Shown one piece after another: positions 30,594 through 40,824 of a stretch of 64,000 nucleotides of DNA; positions within the stretch are counted from its first letter, which is position 1, and every line of letters begins with the position of its first letter. The stretch covers positions 32,001-96,000 of the forward strand of contig WJMJ01000078.1 of NCBI GenBank assembly GCA_014728035.1. Direction: 5' to 3'. This stretch comes from Promethearchaeota archaeon (GTDB taxonomy: Archaea > Asgardarchaeota > Thorarchaeia > Thorarchaeales > Thorarchaeaceae). Under the pieces are notes generated by a model. The model was given only the letters and a program-made list of their open reading frames with translations, was not told the origin of the DNA and did no database searches. The position numbers and the translations under genes are program-made.

Positions 30594-31176
30594 TCAATTC
30601 AAGAGCTTTGGGACGAAGTACGTTTCCACACTCTGAACAGATAATAGGATTAGATTTGAATACTGCACCACATTCACAAGTGGATTCTATTATTGGAGGT
30701 GCAATAGACTCGTTTTCACTAAGAATTTGCTTTTTGACCAATACAACAGGAACTGCTGATAATAAAGCAAGCATTGATGCCCCAATGGATTTTATGAATT
30801 GAAAAAGAATAATCAAATTTCGTTCATTTTGGTCACCGGTCCAAAAGGTACTGTCTTCAAGAATCATAGAGATGATGCTCAGAATTGCAATGACAACACC
30901 AGTCCAAAAAACAGTTCTAATCGTGTTCCATTTGGATTCTGAAAATATTCCTCCGATTAGCCCAACAGCAAACCATACCAAAAGATAACCTAGCAGACCA
31001 TGAAATAGGAAAAGCATTGATAGATCTTGAAGCAGAATACTACCGTGTAGAAGCGGTGAAAGAATATCATAAGGTGAAGGATAAGTAATTGGTTCAGGAT
31101 TTCTAAGAAACACGATACAAATTGTACCAATTATCGCGCCAATTATTCCACCAATCATATTACGCATCAATTTCAC
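30577..31176 (-). CDS. Membrane protein with C-terminal Zn ribbon
   Basis: 4-5 transmembrane helices then CECG...CSECG. Confidence 0.7.
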   Translation of the reverse strand: MKLMRNMIGGIIGAIIGTICIVFLRNPEPITYPSPYDILSPLLHGSILLQDLSMLFLFHGLLGYLLVWFAVGLIGGIFSESKWNTIRTVFWTGVVIAILSIISMILEDSTFWTGDQNERNLIILFQFIKSIGASMLALLSAVPVVLVKKQILSENESIAPPIIESTCECGAVFKSNPIICSECGNVLRPKALELITVPE

Positions 31177-31385
31177 TCCGGCAGGCTACACTGTTACTAT
31201 GAATTTGATAGTTGGTTCCACTTAATGGTTTCCAAAAGGGCGCATAATCATAAAAACAGACTAAAGGAAGAGAATTATATATTATGAAAAGAATTTTCAG
31301 AGTATATTACCACAATCCTTTTGTGAGTAATTCGTGCAAGATATAGTGTACACGCAGGTCTATATTCATCCACAGAGAGCGTGAG

Positions 31386-32369
31386 GTGCCGTATATGAGC
31401 AATGATTTGGAACGTGCATTGTCAAAACTTCGATTTGATGATCAAGTATTAGGATATTCTTTAATGACAAAAGCTGGCAGACCATTTGTCAGTTTTGCTT
31501 TTCCTGAGGATTTATTTCCGCGTGTCAAAAACAGCATCAAGCTGTATAAGGCAGACCTGCGATTAATGACTATTGACACAGAAAAGGGATTAGTTGTACT
31601 TGCACCTGTTGATGTAAATTGGATATTGACTGTGTTGTATGTTCCTGAATTACAGCTTGGTCTTGCTATTGCAAAGACCAAAAACGTCCTTCGATTATTG
31701 GAAGGTATCGAACTTCCTCCACCACCGGATGAATTCGAAGAAGCATCCGAAGACAACCTTCAGGTTTTGGAAACGATAGCAATGAAGGCAGCTTCGACCG
31801 AAGCGGAACCCACCACAGATACGACTCCAGTTGCACCCGAAGTAGAAGAAGAGGATGAAGAAGACGCAGAATTAACACCTGATGATTTTGATGTGCAACC
31901 AGGTACAATTCCCAAGCGCGGAGAAACGTACTCAACATCTCTTTCACTAGATTCAGATCTCTACAAAGAGATGAAAAAATTGTACCGGAATTTTGGCTTT
32001 GATGTGCTGATGCTCGTAGATGACAAAAAGACGGTTTCAGTCATTGCAGATTCTATGTTCCAGCCAAATGAGAGAGTAGTAGAACTTCTGAAATGGGCAG
32101 CTTCCAAAAAGATTGTCGATGTTCCAGTATCAGAAAGTGGAGGAAAGTCTTCAACTGGGAGTAGAATGGGACGATTTGTACAAGTACCACAGTTTGAGGG
32201 AGATATGTCCAAAGTCGATGATTCTGATAAAGCAATCATTCAACTCTGTGATGGTAGTCGAACACCTAAACAGATAGCTCAAGAGGTTGGGCTTCCTAAG
32301 GCTAAAATCATCCAAGTAATTGCACGATATCGACGTCATGGACTGAAGATGATAGGTAAAACTATCTAA
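31386..32369 (+). CDS. Roadblock/LC7-like domain, acidic linker and two winged-helix domains (copy 2)
   Basis: DLERALSKLRFDDQVLGYSLMTKAG aligns with 28561; VDDKKTVSVIA and LCDGSRTPKQIAQEV. Confidence 0.75.
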   Translation: MPYMSNDLERALSKLRFDDQVLGYSLMTKAGRPFVSFAFPEDLFPRVKNSIKLYKADLRLMTIDTEKGLVVLAPVDVNWILTVLYVPELQLGLAIAKTKNVLRLLEGIELPPPPDEFEEASEDNLQVLETIAMKAASTEAEPTTDTTPVAPEVEEEDEEDAELTPDDFDVQPGTIPKRGETYSTSLSLDSDLYKEMKKLYRNFGFDVLMLVDDKKTVSVIADSMFQPNERVVELLKWAASKKIVDVPVSESGGKSSTGSRMGRFVQVPQFEGDMSKVDDSDKAIIQLCDGSRTPKQIAQEVGLPKAKIIQVIARYRRHGLKMIGKTI

Positions 32370-32393
32370 TAGTACTGAAGAGGTTCAATAAAA

Positions 32394-32867
32394 ATGGCAA
32401 AAATTGAAAATCCAATACTAGTATCAATATATTCCCATATAGTCCAAGATATTCTTGCGGAAACATCCAGTATCGAAGAAGCTAATCAGCGTCTACGAGA
32501 AATTGGACGTGGTTTAGGTTCTCAGATTTATTTGAATACAGAAATTGCAGACAAAACAAAGGACACAATAACAACCCGTGAAGATGTTTCAAAGATGATT
32601 GAAACTGCATACAAGATTCTATTTGACAAAAAGCCAGATGACATCGATATGGAGAGTGCACGAGGCTCAGTTCGAATTACAGATGAGGAATGTATCTGGT
32701 GTCAAGAAGTGAATCTAGAGGGAATGCGGGGTTTTGGGTACTGTGAAATTTTCAGTGGAATCATGGAATCACTACTAGAATTCAAAGGTGTTCAGGCTAA
32801 AGTATTCCAAGAAATGTGTCATGCTACTGGATCTGATTATTGTACTTGGAATGTCAGGTTAACATAA
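32394..32867 (+). CDS. V4R / TRAPP Bet3-like protein
   Basis: LREIGRGLG, ECIWC, YCEIFSG, EMCHATGSDYC. Confidence 0.8.
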   Translation: MAKIENPILVSIYSHIVQDILAETSSIEEANQRLREIGRGLGSQIYLNTEIADKTKDTITTREDVSKMIETAYKILFDKKPDDIDMESARGSVRITDEECIWCQEVNLEGMRGFGYCEIFSGIMESLLEFKGVQAKVFQEMCHATGSDYCTWNVRLT

Positions 32868-32876
32868 GCTTATGGA

Positions 32877-32907
32877 GAGAGGAATTCCTCTCTTTTCATT
32901 TCATTTT
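32877..32907 (+). terminator. Palindrome followed by T-rich tract
   Basis: GAGAGGAATTCCTCTC then TTTTCATTT. Confidence 0.45.
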
Positions 32908-32993
32908 ATAAATAGGAGCCAAAATCACTTTATCAGCAAAAAGCACTTAACACTGTCTTCCATTGTTTCCATGTTACGGAGTTGGTCTGAAGT

Positions 32994-33542
32994 ATGCCAA
33001 ATGATGATGAAGTAATCGAATGGTGGCAAGGCAGATTAAAAGAAAGAGAACTGATGCTTGCTTTCTTTTCAAAAACATGGAACAAATTAGGTAGTCGTAT
33101 CGCTGTTATGTTTCCTGAAAGAGTACGAGACCTTTACTACAGTGCTGGAAGACTTGCAGGGCTGGAAGCACAAAGGGAGTACTTCAAAGTAGGAAAACAA
33201 AAACCGCCTGGTGATTTCAAGGGAATCATTGAATTCATCAAGATGGCTCTTGGTACACTCATTGTTCCGTTTGGAGATGTAAAAATAGCTAAATTGTACA
33301 AACTTTGGTTGGATGAAGAAGCAATCATTGAGATTCGTGATAACCCTTATGCAGCGGGTATGGCAATGGAAGAACCATCATGTTATTTTCTGAAAGGATT
33401 TATTGAATCGGTTCTCGAATATTTGACGGACTACAATCGTTTAGAATATGAGAAGCTAGAGGTTGTAGAGGAAAATTGTATGTCTGCGGGTTCGGACCAT
33501 TGCTCATTTAAAATGAAACTGACTTACCCAGCCAAAGGTTAA
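32994..33542 (+). CDS. V4R domain protein
   Basis: YSAGRLAG, NPY, SCYFLKG, EENCMSAGSDHC. Confidence 0.82.
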   Translation: MPNDDEVIEWWQGRLKERELMLAFFSKTWNKLGSRIAVMFPERVRDLYYSAGRLAGLEAQREYFKVGKQKPPGDFKGIIEFIKMALGTLIVPFGDVKIAKLYKLWLDEEAIIEIRDNPYAAGMAMEEPSCYFLKGFIESVLEYLTDYNRLEYEKLEVVEENCMSAGSDHCSFKMKLTYPAKG

Positions 33543-33592
33543 TTCATTAGGTGCGGAGATTACTCCGCGCCATTCTATTCAGTTTCTACTAC

Positions 33593-34696
33593 TTATTCTG
33601 AATACCTCTTCCAAAGATAGATTGATGATACTCCTATAGTTGACACAACTGATATGATTGGTAATCCTAGAAGAAAACTAGTAGATCCTATCAAGATGTG
33701 TTCCTGTACAGCTCGATAAGGTTCAAATTCTTCACGAATTCCAAATAGATTTCCAGAGAATGCATCAACATAAAATCGGATGTTTTCAATTTCTGACTCA
33801 AAATCCAGAACCCAAGACAGTCGCAGATGGTGGTTGCCGTCGGCATCCTCTACATCAGCTAGAGCTATTTTGGGAGTTTGAAGTGACAGGTTATTTTGTT
33901 CACTAGGAAACTCATAGATTGATAGTGCATTTGAAAGGGCTAGTTGTTGACCTACAACATGAGTTGTATCAATCGGATCTAATCCAATCCAATCGTAATG
34001 ATAATAAGAAATTCCATGAGTGAATGAGGAGGCTCTTACAATTATTGAAGAGGTTTCAATTTCAATGGGGCCGTTATACTCCTGAAAAACAAGAGAGTAA
34101 AAACGCCGACAGTCGTAGGGGAATCCCTCAATATATCGAGCCGTAAAAGGAATCTCAATGTTATAGTCAGTGAGAAACTCTGAAACTATTGTTTCAGCTT
34201 CCAACAAGGTGATATCCGTAGGATCATATTCGTGAAGGTATCTGCTTTCATATTCTATTACTTGACCTTCAATCGCATCAACAACTACATATGCCGTAAA
34301 ATCAACATGGTTGTACAGAATTTTCCAAGATGGGGGAATATCTACTTTGAGTATTGCCTGAATAGTCCAGTTAACAAAAGGTGGACCTACATCCTGTAAG
34401 AAATTAGTAGCTGTCGATAGTGCACTTTCATTATCTACAATAAAATCAAATGTTTGAAAATCACGAGTTACCAAGAAAGGTCTTTGTGATTCGATCTTGA
34501 ACGCATTAGGATAAATAGCAGAGTATCTAGTATCCGACGTGAAATTGGAAAAGGACGAGTCTGTAACAACCGTTCCTTCCAGATTTGAACTACTCATATC
34601 CCAACGACTTAGAGAATATCCAACGAGAGGTAAAGCAACTCCTCCAACTATTAGAAAAACCACAAGTAGAGGGAATAACTTACTTACAAACACCAA
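33593..34696 (-). CDS. Membrane-anchored extracellular protein with PepSY/YcdB-like repeats
   Basis: N- and C-terminal transmembrane segments; VVDAIEGQVI and YVDAFSGNL motifs. Confidence 0.65.
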   Translation of the reverse strand: MVFVSKLFPLLVVFLIVGGVALPLVGYSLSRWDMSSSNLEGTVVTDSSFSNFTSDTRYSAIYPNAFKIESQRPFLVTRDFQTFDFIVDNESALSTATNFLQDVGPPFVNWTIQAILKVDIPPSWKILYNHVDFTAYVVVDAIEGQVIEYESRYLHEYDPTDITLLEAETIVSEFLTDYNIEIPFTARYIEGFPYDCRRFYSLVFQEYNGPIEIETSSIIVRASSFTHGISYYHYDWIGLDPIDTTHVVGQQLALSNALSIYEFPSEQNNLSLQTPKIALADVEDADGNHHLRLSWVLDFESEIENIRFYVDAFSGNLFGIREEFEPYRAVQEHILIGSTSFLLGLPIISVVSTIGVSSIYLWKRYSE

Positions 34697-34751
34697 GATT
34701 GTAACTCCAGTATTTTAGTTACAATTTGTAACAACGCTTATAGTTGTAATT
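34684..34751. promoter_or_regulatory. Cluster of TTACAA/TTGTAA half-sites including the palindrome GTTACAA-T-TTGTAAC
   Basis: Half-sites at 34684, 34699, 34718-34732 and 34745, between divergent genes. Confidence 0.45.
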
Positions 34752-34842
34752 ATATGGCGATTTATAATTATGAATAGTACAAGTGTTGTTCAAACGCAAG
34801 TGCTTAATTAGGAAAATACCAAACTAATGGTGAGACAAGAGA

Positions 34843-35604
34843 ATGAAATCGACTAGATTGAGGAAGACGTTGATAGCTTCACTTCTGTTTGCATTGATGC
34901 TGGGATTTTCGGTATCTATGTTACTCCAATTGAGTACAGGAGAGGATTCAATACTGGTCAATCAAGTATCTTCTAGTAATAGCAGAAATCTAGCAGTACA
35001 CAATCTGACCGTTTCAACTGCTCCTTCCAATATGATTACATCAGTCCAGCTGGATAGTGACTTCAGTTCATTCTTTGGCACTGCCAGTTTAGTAACGTTA
35101 GCTCTTGGTACAGTATCTATTGATCGTAAGGAAGAAAGAAGTTCCACAAAATTACGAGACAGAATAATTAACGAAGTATCTCTAAGTCCGGGAATACACT
35201 TGAGAGGTTTGCACCGAGCTCTTGATTGTGCAATGGGAGCATTACAATACCATCTACGAAATCTTGAAGCAGAAGATATCATCCAATCATTCAAAGTTGG
35301 GAATTCGAAACATTTCTTCTTGAATGGATTTTCAGATGATAACAAGGTACTAGAACTCACTGCACTGCTTAGAAATCCAACGATGCAATTGATTGTATCA
35401 GAAACTGTAGAAAAGGGACGCACCACACAAGCACACTTAAGCAGAAGTTTAGACCTTGATAAGAGCCTGGTATCATATTATGTTTCTAGTTTAATCAAAG
35501 CAGATGTATTCGAGACCATCCGTGTCTTTGGTCGAGAAAAACCAGTTCGGGTTACCGAATGGGCACAATTGTCTATTGATTCACTTGGTCTGATAGTTCA
35601 ATAG
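34843..35604 (+). CDS. Membrane-tethered double winged-helix regulator
   Basis: N-terminal transmembrane segment; PGIHLRGLHRAL...GALQYHLRNLE; second HTH TQAHLSRSLDLDKSLVSYYV. Confidence 0.8.
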   Translation: MKSTRLRKTLIASLLFALMLGFSVSMLLQLSTGEDSILVNQVSSSNSRNLAVHNLTVSTAPSNMITSVQLDSDFSSFFGTASLVTLALGTVSIDRKEERSSTKLRDRIINEVSLSPGIHLRGLHRALDCAMGALQYHLRNLEAEDIIQSFKVGNSKHFFLNGFSDDNKVLELTALLRNPTMQLIVSETVEKGRTTQAHLSRSLDLDKSLVSYYVSSLIKADVFETIRVFGREKPVRVTEWAQLSIDSLGLIVQ

Positions 35605-35720
35605 ATGTTCTAGTACATCTATTGTCAGACCTTCACCTTTATTTTTACAAATTCCGACTCGGATATAGTCTGATTGGCAGGTAAATATAGGGTTCAATCA
35701 GGTGAGAGCGAGGTGTCATT

Positions 35721-36470
35721 ATGTCTGACGATATGATTCTAGGTGCAGATGACTTTGATGAGTCAATGGATTTTGATGGATTAGATAAGGTAGAATTTTC
35801 TGTCAAAATGAAAGGGGTCTCCAGAAAGTATTTGCTAGGAAGTCGTGAAGTAATTGCTTTGAACCAAGTGGATTTGAAAATCAGATCTGGAGAATATGTT
35901 GTAGTATCTGGTCCATCAGGTTCTGGAAAAACTACGATGCTGAATATAATTGGATGTATAGACTATGCTACAGAAGGGCGGATTCATATTCTCGATGTGC
36001 CAATTGAAGATTATGATGAATCATTCAGAGCAACTTTCAGGCTTAATAACACTGGATTCATATTCCAGAGTTATAACTTAATCTCGACACTTACCGCTCT
36101 TGAAAATGTCATGTTCCCTATGCAGATTACAGACAAGCCAGAAGAAGAATTGGAACAAGATGCATCGGAATTACTGAAAAAGGTCGGTTTAGAAAACCGA
36201 TTGGACCACTTACCTTGGCAACTTAGTTCTGGAGAGCAGCAAAGAGTTGCAATAGCACGAGCAATAGCTAATGATCCAGCAATAATACTTGCAGATGAGC
36301 CTACAGCAAATCTCGACGAGGAGAGCGCTGAAATGGTCCGGCAAATTTTGGATTCTCTCAACAAATCTGGAAAGACAGTAATCGTCATGACGCATGATGA
36401 GAAGATAATCAACAACTCAGAAGTAAGACATCTGCTTATCCGGGACGGGAGCGTGATTTCTGATGACTAA
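35721..36470 (+). CDS. ABC ATP-binding protein, LolD/MacB type
   Basis: GPSGSGKT, LSSGEQQRVAIARA, DEPTANLD. Confidence 0.95.
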   Translation: MSDDMILGADDFDESMDFDGLDKVEFSVKMKGVSRKYLLGSREVIALNQVDLKIRSGEYVVVSGPSGSGKTTMLNIIGCIDYATEGRIHILDVPIEDYDESFRATFRLNNTGFIFQSYNLISTLTALENVMFPMQITDKPEEELEQDASELLKKVGLENRLDHLPWQLSSGEQQRVAIARAIANDPAIILADEPTANLDEESAEMVRQILDSLNKSGKTVIVMTHDEKIINNSEVRHLLIRDGSVISDD

Positions 36471-38313
36471 GCAAGACTATGCATCTAAAGATCTTAGACG
36501 AAGACCATTTCGTAGTGCTTTGACCATATTCACAATGGCTAGTGTCATAGCAGCAACAACGTTTCTTTTCCTATTTGGGAGTGTACTTCTTGATATAACC
36601 GCCTTTGTGTCTTCAACAGGTCTCAATTCCTCCTTTGGTGTCTTCTTTGAAACATTCATTTGGGGCACTCTACTAATGGCAGTTGTTTTGGGAGGTGCAG
36701 TTGTTTCTTCCACCATATCTCTAGAGATGATCAGTAGAAGGAGAGATATTGGTCTAATGAAAGCAGTTGGAACATTGATGGATACTCTTTTCGACCATTT
36801 CATGGCACAAGCAGTGATATTGCTGCTTCTCAGCATTGTCATAGGACTGACAACCGGGCTATTATTGTATATTATTGGCATGATCTGGTTAGCAAATGTT
36901 ATCACCGGAGCTGAGTTCAGTTTTGTATTTCCATATCTGCAACTTGCAGCTATTGCTGGAATATACTTCTTTATGGGATTTTTTGCAGCACAAAAACCAA
37001 TTTATGAAACAGTAAACGAATCGCCTATTTCTGCTCTTAATCCGGAAATCGGTATGCGGGTCCGTCGTGTTGGATATCTTGATACATTCGGTCTTTCATT
37101 CAGATTAGCAACAAAAGCTACTGGAAGAAGAATTAAGGGGTCTCGAAGAACTATCCTCTCCTTGATGCTAAGTTTCTCTCTTGCATCATTACTTTGGATT
37201 GGAGGAGGGATTACGAGTACTACTACAAATGCATATGTTACCAGAGCAATGGGTAGCAACATAGTAGCAGTGGGAAACTCAAATCTACTCAACACATACT
37301 ACGATGCATACTCTCTCTCAGGCGAAAGAATTGAAGGGGCATATAATTTCACAGAGAGCCAATACATACTCCCAACTCCAATGTTCGCAGATCTGAATGA
37401 TATTGATGGTGTAGACATCGTAGAACAACGAATGATAGATTATCAGAGGATATACGAAGGACCTGCCATTATCTGGAATCCAACATTAGAACAATATGAA
37501 CGAATAGGGAAAGACCGAACCAATTCGTCACTGATTGTGGGAATAGATTGGGAACATACAATATCAGATTGGTATTTTGAAGGAAGTGAGATTGAAGATT
37601 CACAACAGGTTTGGATAGGCGGAGAGCTAGCTACTACGATGTATGAAGATCCACTAATTCAACGTCTAGGTGTAAAAGGCGCTTCGATGGAGATTGCAGG
37701 CATCGCATTCGATATTCTAAACGGAGGAATGCTTGCTATGTTGCCACTAGATACCATGCAAGACCTTTGGGGTGTATCGGGTTCAAACCTCGCATTAGTC
37801 CAAATAGAAGACTATTCTGCATCCGTAATTGAAGAGATCGAGATGGTTGCGAATTCCTATGGTTTCAGCATTACTTTACAACAGAATATTCTTGACGAAA
37901 ACCTTAGAGCAATAAACCTTGTATGGAACCTTTTGCAGCCGCTACCTCTGATTGCACTAGTCAGTGCCTTTGCAAGCTTGGCAAACTACCTATTAGTATC
38001 GGTATTTGGACGATTCGACGACTATGTGATTATGAGAGCAATCGGTGCTAAACCGAAGTTCATTGCTAAAACAATGATTGCTGAAGGTTTAGATATAGGA
38101 CTTAAAGCAGGATTACCAGGTGTGCTTGCATCTGTGTTTTTCAGCGTGTTTCTATTGGTTCCAGAAGCAGCTGTACCGTCTACTCTGTTCTTACCATTAT
38201 CGATAGTGACCATGCTGATCAGTCTTGTAGTCATAGTCAGTCTGGCTGCAGTTCCAGTCTATTTCATGTTCTCGCGAAGAAACGATCTGAAAGTATCAGA
38301 ATTCTTTGTATAG
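36463..38313 (+). CDS. FtsX/MacB-like ABC permease (two permease units plus extracytoplasmic domain)
   Basis: RRRDIGLMKAVG and IMRAIGA motifs; multiple transmembrane helices. Confidence 0.88.
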   Translation: MTKQDYASKDLRRRPFRSALTIFTMASVIAATTFLFLFGSVLLDITAFVSSTGLNSSFGVFFETFIWGTLLMAVVLGGAVVSSTISLEMISRRRDIGLMKAVGTLMDTLFDHFMAQAVILLLLSIVIGLTTGLLLYIIGMIWLANVITGAEFSFVFPYLQLAAIAGIYFFMGFFAAQKPIYETVNESPISALNPEIGMRVRRVGYLDTFGLSFRLATKATGRRIKGSRRTILSLMLSFSLASLLWIGGGITSTTTNAYVTRAMGSNIVAVGNSNLLNTYYDAYSLSGERIEGAYNFTESQYILPTPMFADLNDIDGVDIVEQRMIDYQRIYEGPAIIWNPTLEQYERIGKDRTNSSLIVGIDWEHTISDWYFEGSEIEDSQQVWIGGELATTMYEDPLIQRLGVKGASMEIAGIAFDILNGGMLAMLPLDTMQDLWGVSGSNLALVQIEDYSASVIEEIEMVANSYGFSITLQQNILDENLRAINLVWNLLQPLPLIALVSAFASLANYLLVSVFGRFDDYVIMRAIGAKPKFIAKTMIAEGLDIGLKAGLPGVLASVFFSVFLLVPEAAVPSTLFLPLSIVTMLISLVVIVSLAAVPVYFMFSRRNDLKVSEFFV

Positions 38314-38352
38314 ATAGTTTCATTAGAGAAATCATAGGCGGACCAGTGAGGT

Positions 38353-40026
38353 TTGCCTATGTCAAATGAAATACAAGAAGACGAGTTCAATATACACTGG
38401 ATTCGTGATGTAGTAGATGAAGTATTAGCACGTGATGTGGATGAGTATGTGCTTTCCACAGGTAAGAGTCCTAGTGGAAGTATCCATATCGGATTTGTAA
38501 GAGAACTCATAACATCAAATGTCATCAAACGAGAACTCAAAGACCTAGGCAAAAAGGCTCGTTCGTTATTTGTCGTAGATGACTATGACCCAGTACGGGC
38601 ATTTCCACCAAGCGTTTCTCTTTCATTAGATGAATGGGTCGGAATCCCCTATTGTGATGTGCCAGATGAGTTCGGATGCTGTGATAGTTTCGGGTCGCAT
38701 TGGGCAAACGAATTAATTGAAACATTTCCTGATTTTGGGCTTGACCCTGAAATCGTATGGACTAGTAAACTCTACCAGACTCCTGAGATGCGTGATGCAG
38801 TACGAATCTGTCTGAAGGAAACAGAAACATTACGTGAAATTATGATCAAGTATGTGGCTAGTGATTTCAACGACGCCCAGCGAACTAAATACATCAAAGC
38901 AATGGAGGATTGGTATCCTGCTTCAATCTTATGTCCAGAATGTGGTAAGTTTCAAGCTGGAGCAAAGGGATCTATAAAGCCCAACCGCGTTACAGGTTAC
39001 GATATAGAAACGGACCATGTCAGTTTCAAGTGTCCTGGTTGTGGGCACGAAGCCTCTGTTCCACTAGACAAAGTGAAAGTCAAATTGACTTGGCGGATTG
39101 ACTGGCCTACAAAATGGTATGTGCTAAATGTGACATGCGAACCAGCTGGAAAAGATCACTCGGTAAAAGGTGGTTCTTATGATACGGGACTTGAGGTTTC
39201 ACGTCGAGTCTTTGATTGGGCAGGCCCGGTCAAAGTACCTTATGAATGGGTCATGATTGGGGGCAGAGATATGGGAACATCAACGGGCATCGTCTTCAGT
39301 CCAAAAGTATGGACCGAGATTGCGCCACCCGAACTATATCGATTCCTTATGCTAAAGACAGACCTACAAAGAACAATCAATATTCAACCTGAACGTGTAC
39401 CAGATTTAGTTGACCAATACGATAGGTTTGAGAGGGTGTATTATGAGGTGGAAGAAACAACATCCGATGAGAAAGAATTAGCAAAACTACTGTATCCTCT
39501 TAGCGAATCAAATCCGGTGCGAAATGAGTATTTGCCAAAACTTCCATTCAAATTTGCAGTAACAATCTCACAACTAGAAGAAGTAATTGGAACAGAACCC
39601 GTTATAGCTAAATCAATCGAAGTAATGCATAAGCAATACGATATCGAGTCTGTTTCAGATGATATACTGGCACATATCAGAAAACGATTAGATAGAGCTT
39701 TAAAGTGGGTTACAAATTTCGGATCTAAAAGAGAAAAAATCGCAGTTCCAGTAGAAGTGCCTGAATCCATAATTTCGACTATAACAGATGATGACAGAAA
39801 ATTCCTTACACTTCTTTTAAAAACTCTCAGAAAATCTTCTCTGGAAGATGAAGAACTTCAGACGGAAATTTTCGAGTCAGCAAGAGAGGTTGGAATTAAG
39901 ACAAAAAGGGCATTTACTGTTCTGTATCGGATTTTGATTTCATCAAAGTCGGGACCACGTATTGGACCATTTCTAAATATGTTGGGTACTGATTGGGTAG
40001 CGAAACGTATTGAATCTGTACTCTGA
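38353..40026 (+). CDS. lysS: Lysyl-tRNA synthetase class I
   Basis: HW, SPSGSIHIG, KLTWRIDWP, EPAGKDH, GPR. Confidence 0.95.
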   Translation: MPMSNEIQEDEFNIHWIRDVVDEVLARDVDEYVLSTGKSPSGSIHIGFVRELITSNVIKRELKDLGKKARSLFVVDDYDPVRAFPPSVSLSLDEWVGIPYCDVPDEFGCCDSFGSHWANELIETFPDFGLDPEIVWTSKLYQTPEMRDAVRICLKETETLREIMIKYVASDFNDAQRTKYIKAMEDWYPASILCPECGKFQAGAKGSIKPNRVTGYDIETDHVSFKCPGCGHEASVPLDKVKVKLTWRIDWPTKWYVLNVTCEPAGKDHSVKGGSYDTGLEVSRRVFDWAGPVKVPYEWVMIGGRDMGTSTGIVFSPKVWTEIAPPELYRFLMLKTDLQRTINIQPERVPDLVDQYDRFERVYYEVEETTSDEKELAKLLYPLSESNPVRNEYLPKLPFKFAVTISQLEEVIGTEPVIAKSIEVMHKQYDIESVSDDILAHIRKRLDRALKWVTNFGSKREKIAVPVEVPESIISTITDDDRKFLTLLLKTLRKSSLEDEELQTEIFESAREVGIKTKRAFTVLYRILISSKSGPRIGPFLNMLGTDWVAKRIESVL

Positions 40027-40080
40027 GACCTCTCAACATGTTTATTAGAGGTTCGCAATTGCCGGACCTCAAACCATTAT

Positions 40081-40824
40081 TTGGTGATACAGATGCTTGG
40101 AAAACTGCGAGAAAGATACCAGAAGGTTATGATGCCTGTAGGGCGACTACTAGCGAAGACCGGAATAACTCCAAATATGATAACAGGTCTTACCGTTCTA
40201 GTTGCAATGATTAGTACCTATTTCTTTTACATGGGTGAGCTTCTAATCGGTCTTGCAGTGATGATCTTCACCGTCGTCATGGATATGTTTGATGGTGCTG
40301 TTGCAAGAGCTGCGAACTTAGCAAGTCCTTTTGGAGCCACTTTTGACCACACCTTGGACAGGTATGCAGAATTCCTATTCATGCTTGGCCTTATGCTTGG
40401 ACCTATCGGTTTGGTTTCAATTCCGTGGTGGCCTTATGCGACAGGCGATAAATTTGTTCATTGGTTCTGGGGATTTTTCACGCTATTTGGAATGATTATG
40501 GCAAGCTTTTCCAGAGCAAAAGCAGAGTCAGTGGGAGGTATGGATAACTGTGCGGTAGGTATTGCAGAACGTCAAGAAAAATTAATTCTAACAGTGATTG
40601 GCATTCTTCTGCTAGCATTACCTGCAACCAATATCTGGATGGATTTTCTTGCTTTCTTTCCTTCCGCCATTATGGACTTCTTCGTAGCTATTAAGATAAC
40701 TAACATTCTAACTTTTCTAACGGCAATTGTGGGTATACTCTCACACATCACAGTTGGTCAGCGATTAGCATATGCTAATCGAATAATTAGAGGGAGAAAT
40801 TTGGATGCAACATCCTCTGTATAA
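40081..40824 (+). CDS. CDP-alcohol phosphatidyltransferase (archaetidylinositol-phosphate synthase-like)
   Basis: TPN, DMFDGAVAR...S.FGA.FD.TLDRYAE, SFSRAKAE, ERQE. Confidence 0.9.
   Translation: MVIQMLGKLRERYQKVMMPVGRLLAKTGITPNMITGLTVLVAMISTYFFYMGELLIGLAVMIFTVVMDMFDGAVARAANLASPFGATFDHTLDRYAEFLFMLGLMLGPIGLVSIPWWPYATGDKFVHWFWGFFTLFGMIMASFSRAKAESVGGMDNCAVGIAERQEKLILTVIGILLLALPATNIWMDFLAFFPSAIMDFFVAIKITNILTFLTAIVGILSHITVGQRLAYANRIIRGRNLDATSSV

Noticed and set aside
33551-33570. GTGCGGAG-ATTA-CTCCGCGC hairpin
   Set aside because: Short isolated hairpin between convergent genes; ordinary 3'-end structure without the GGYCCC motif
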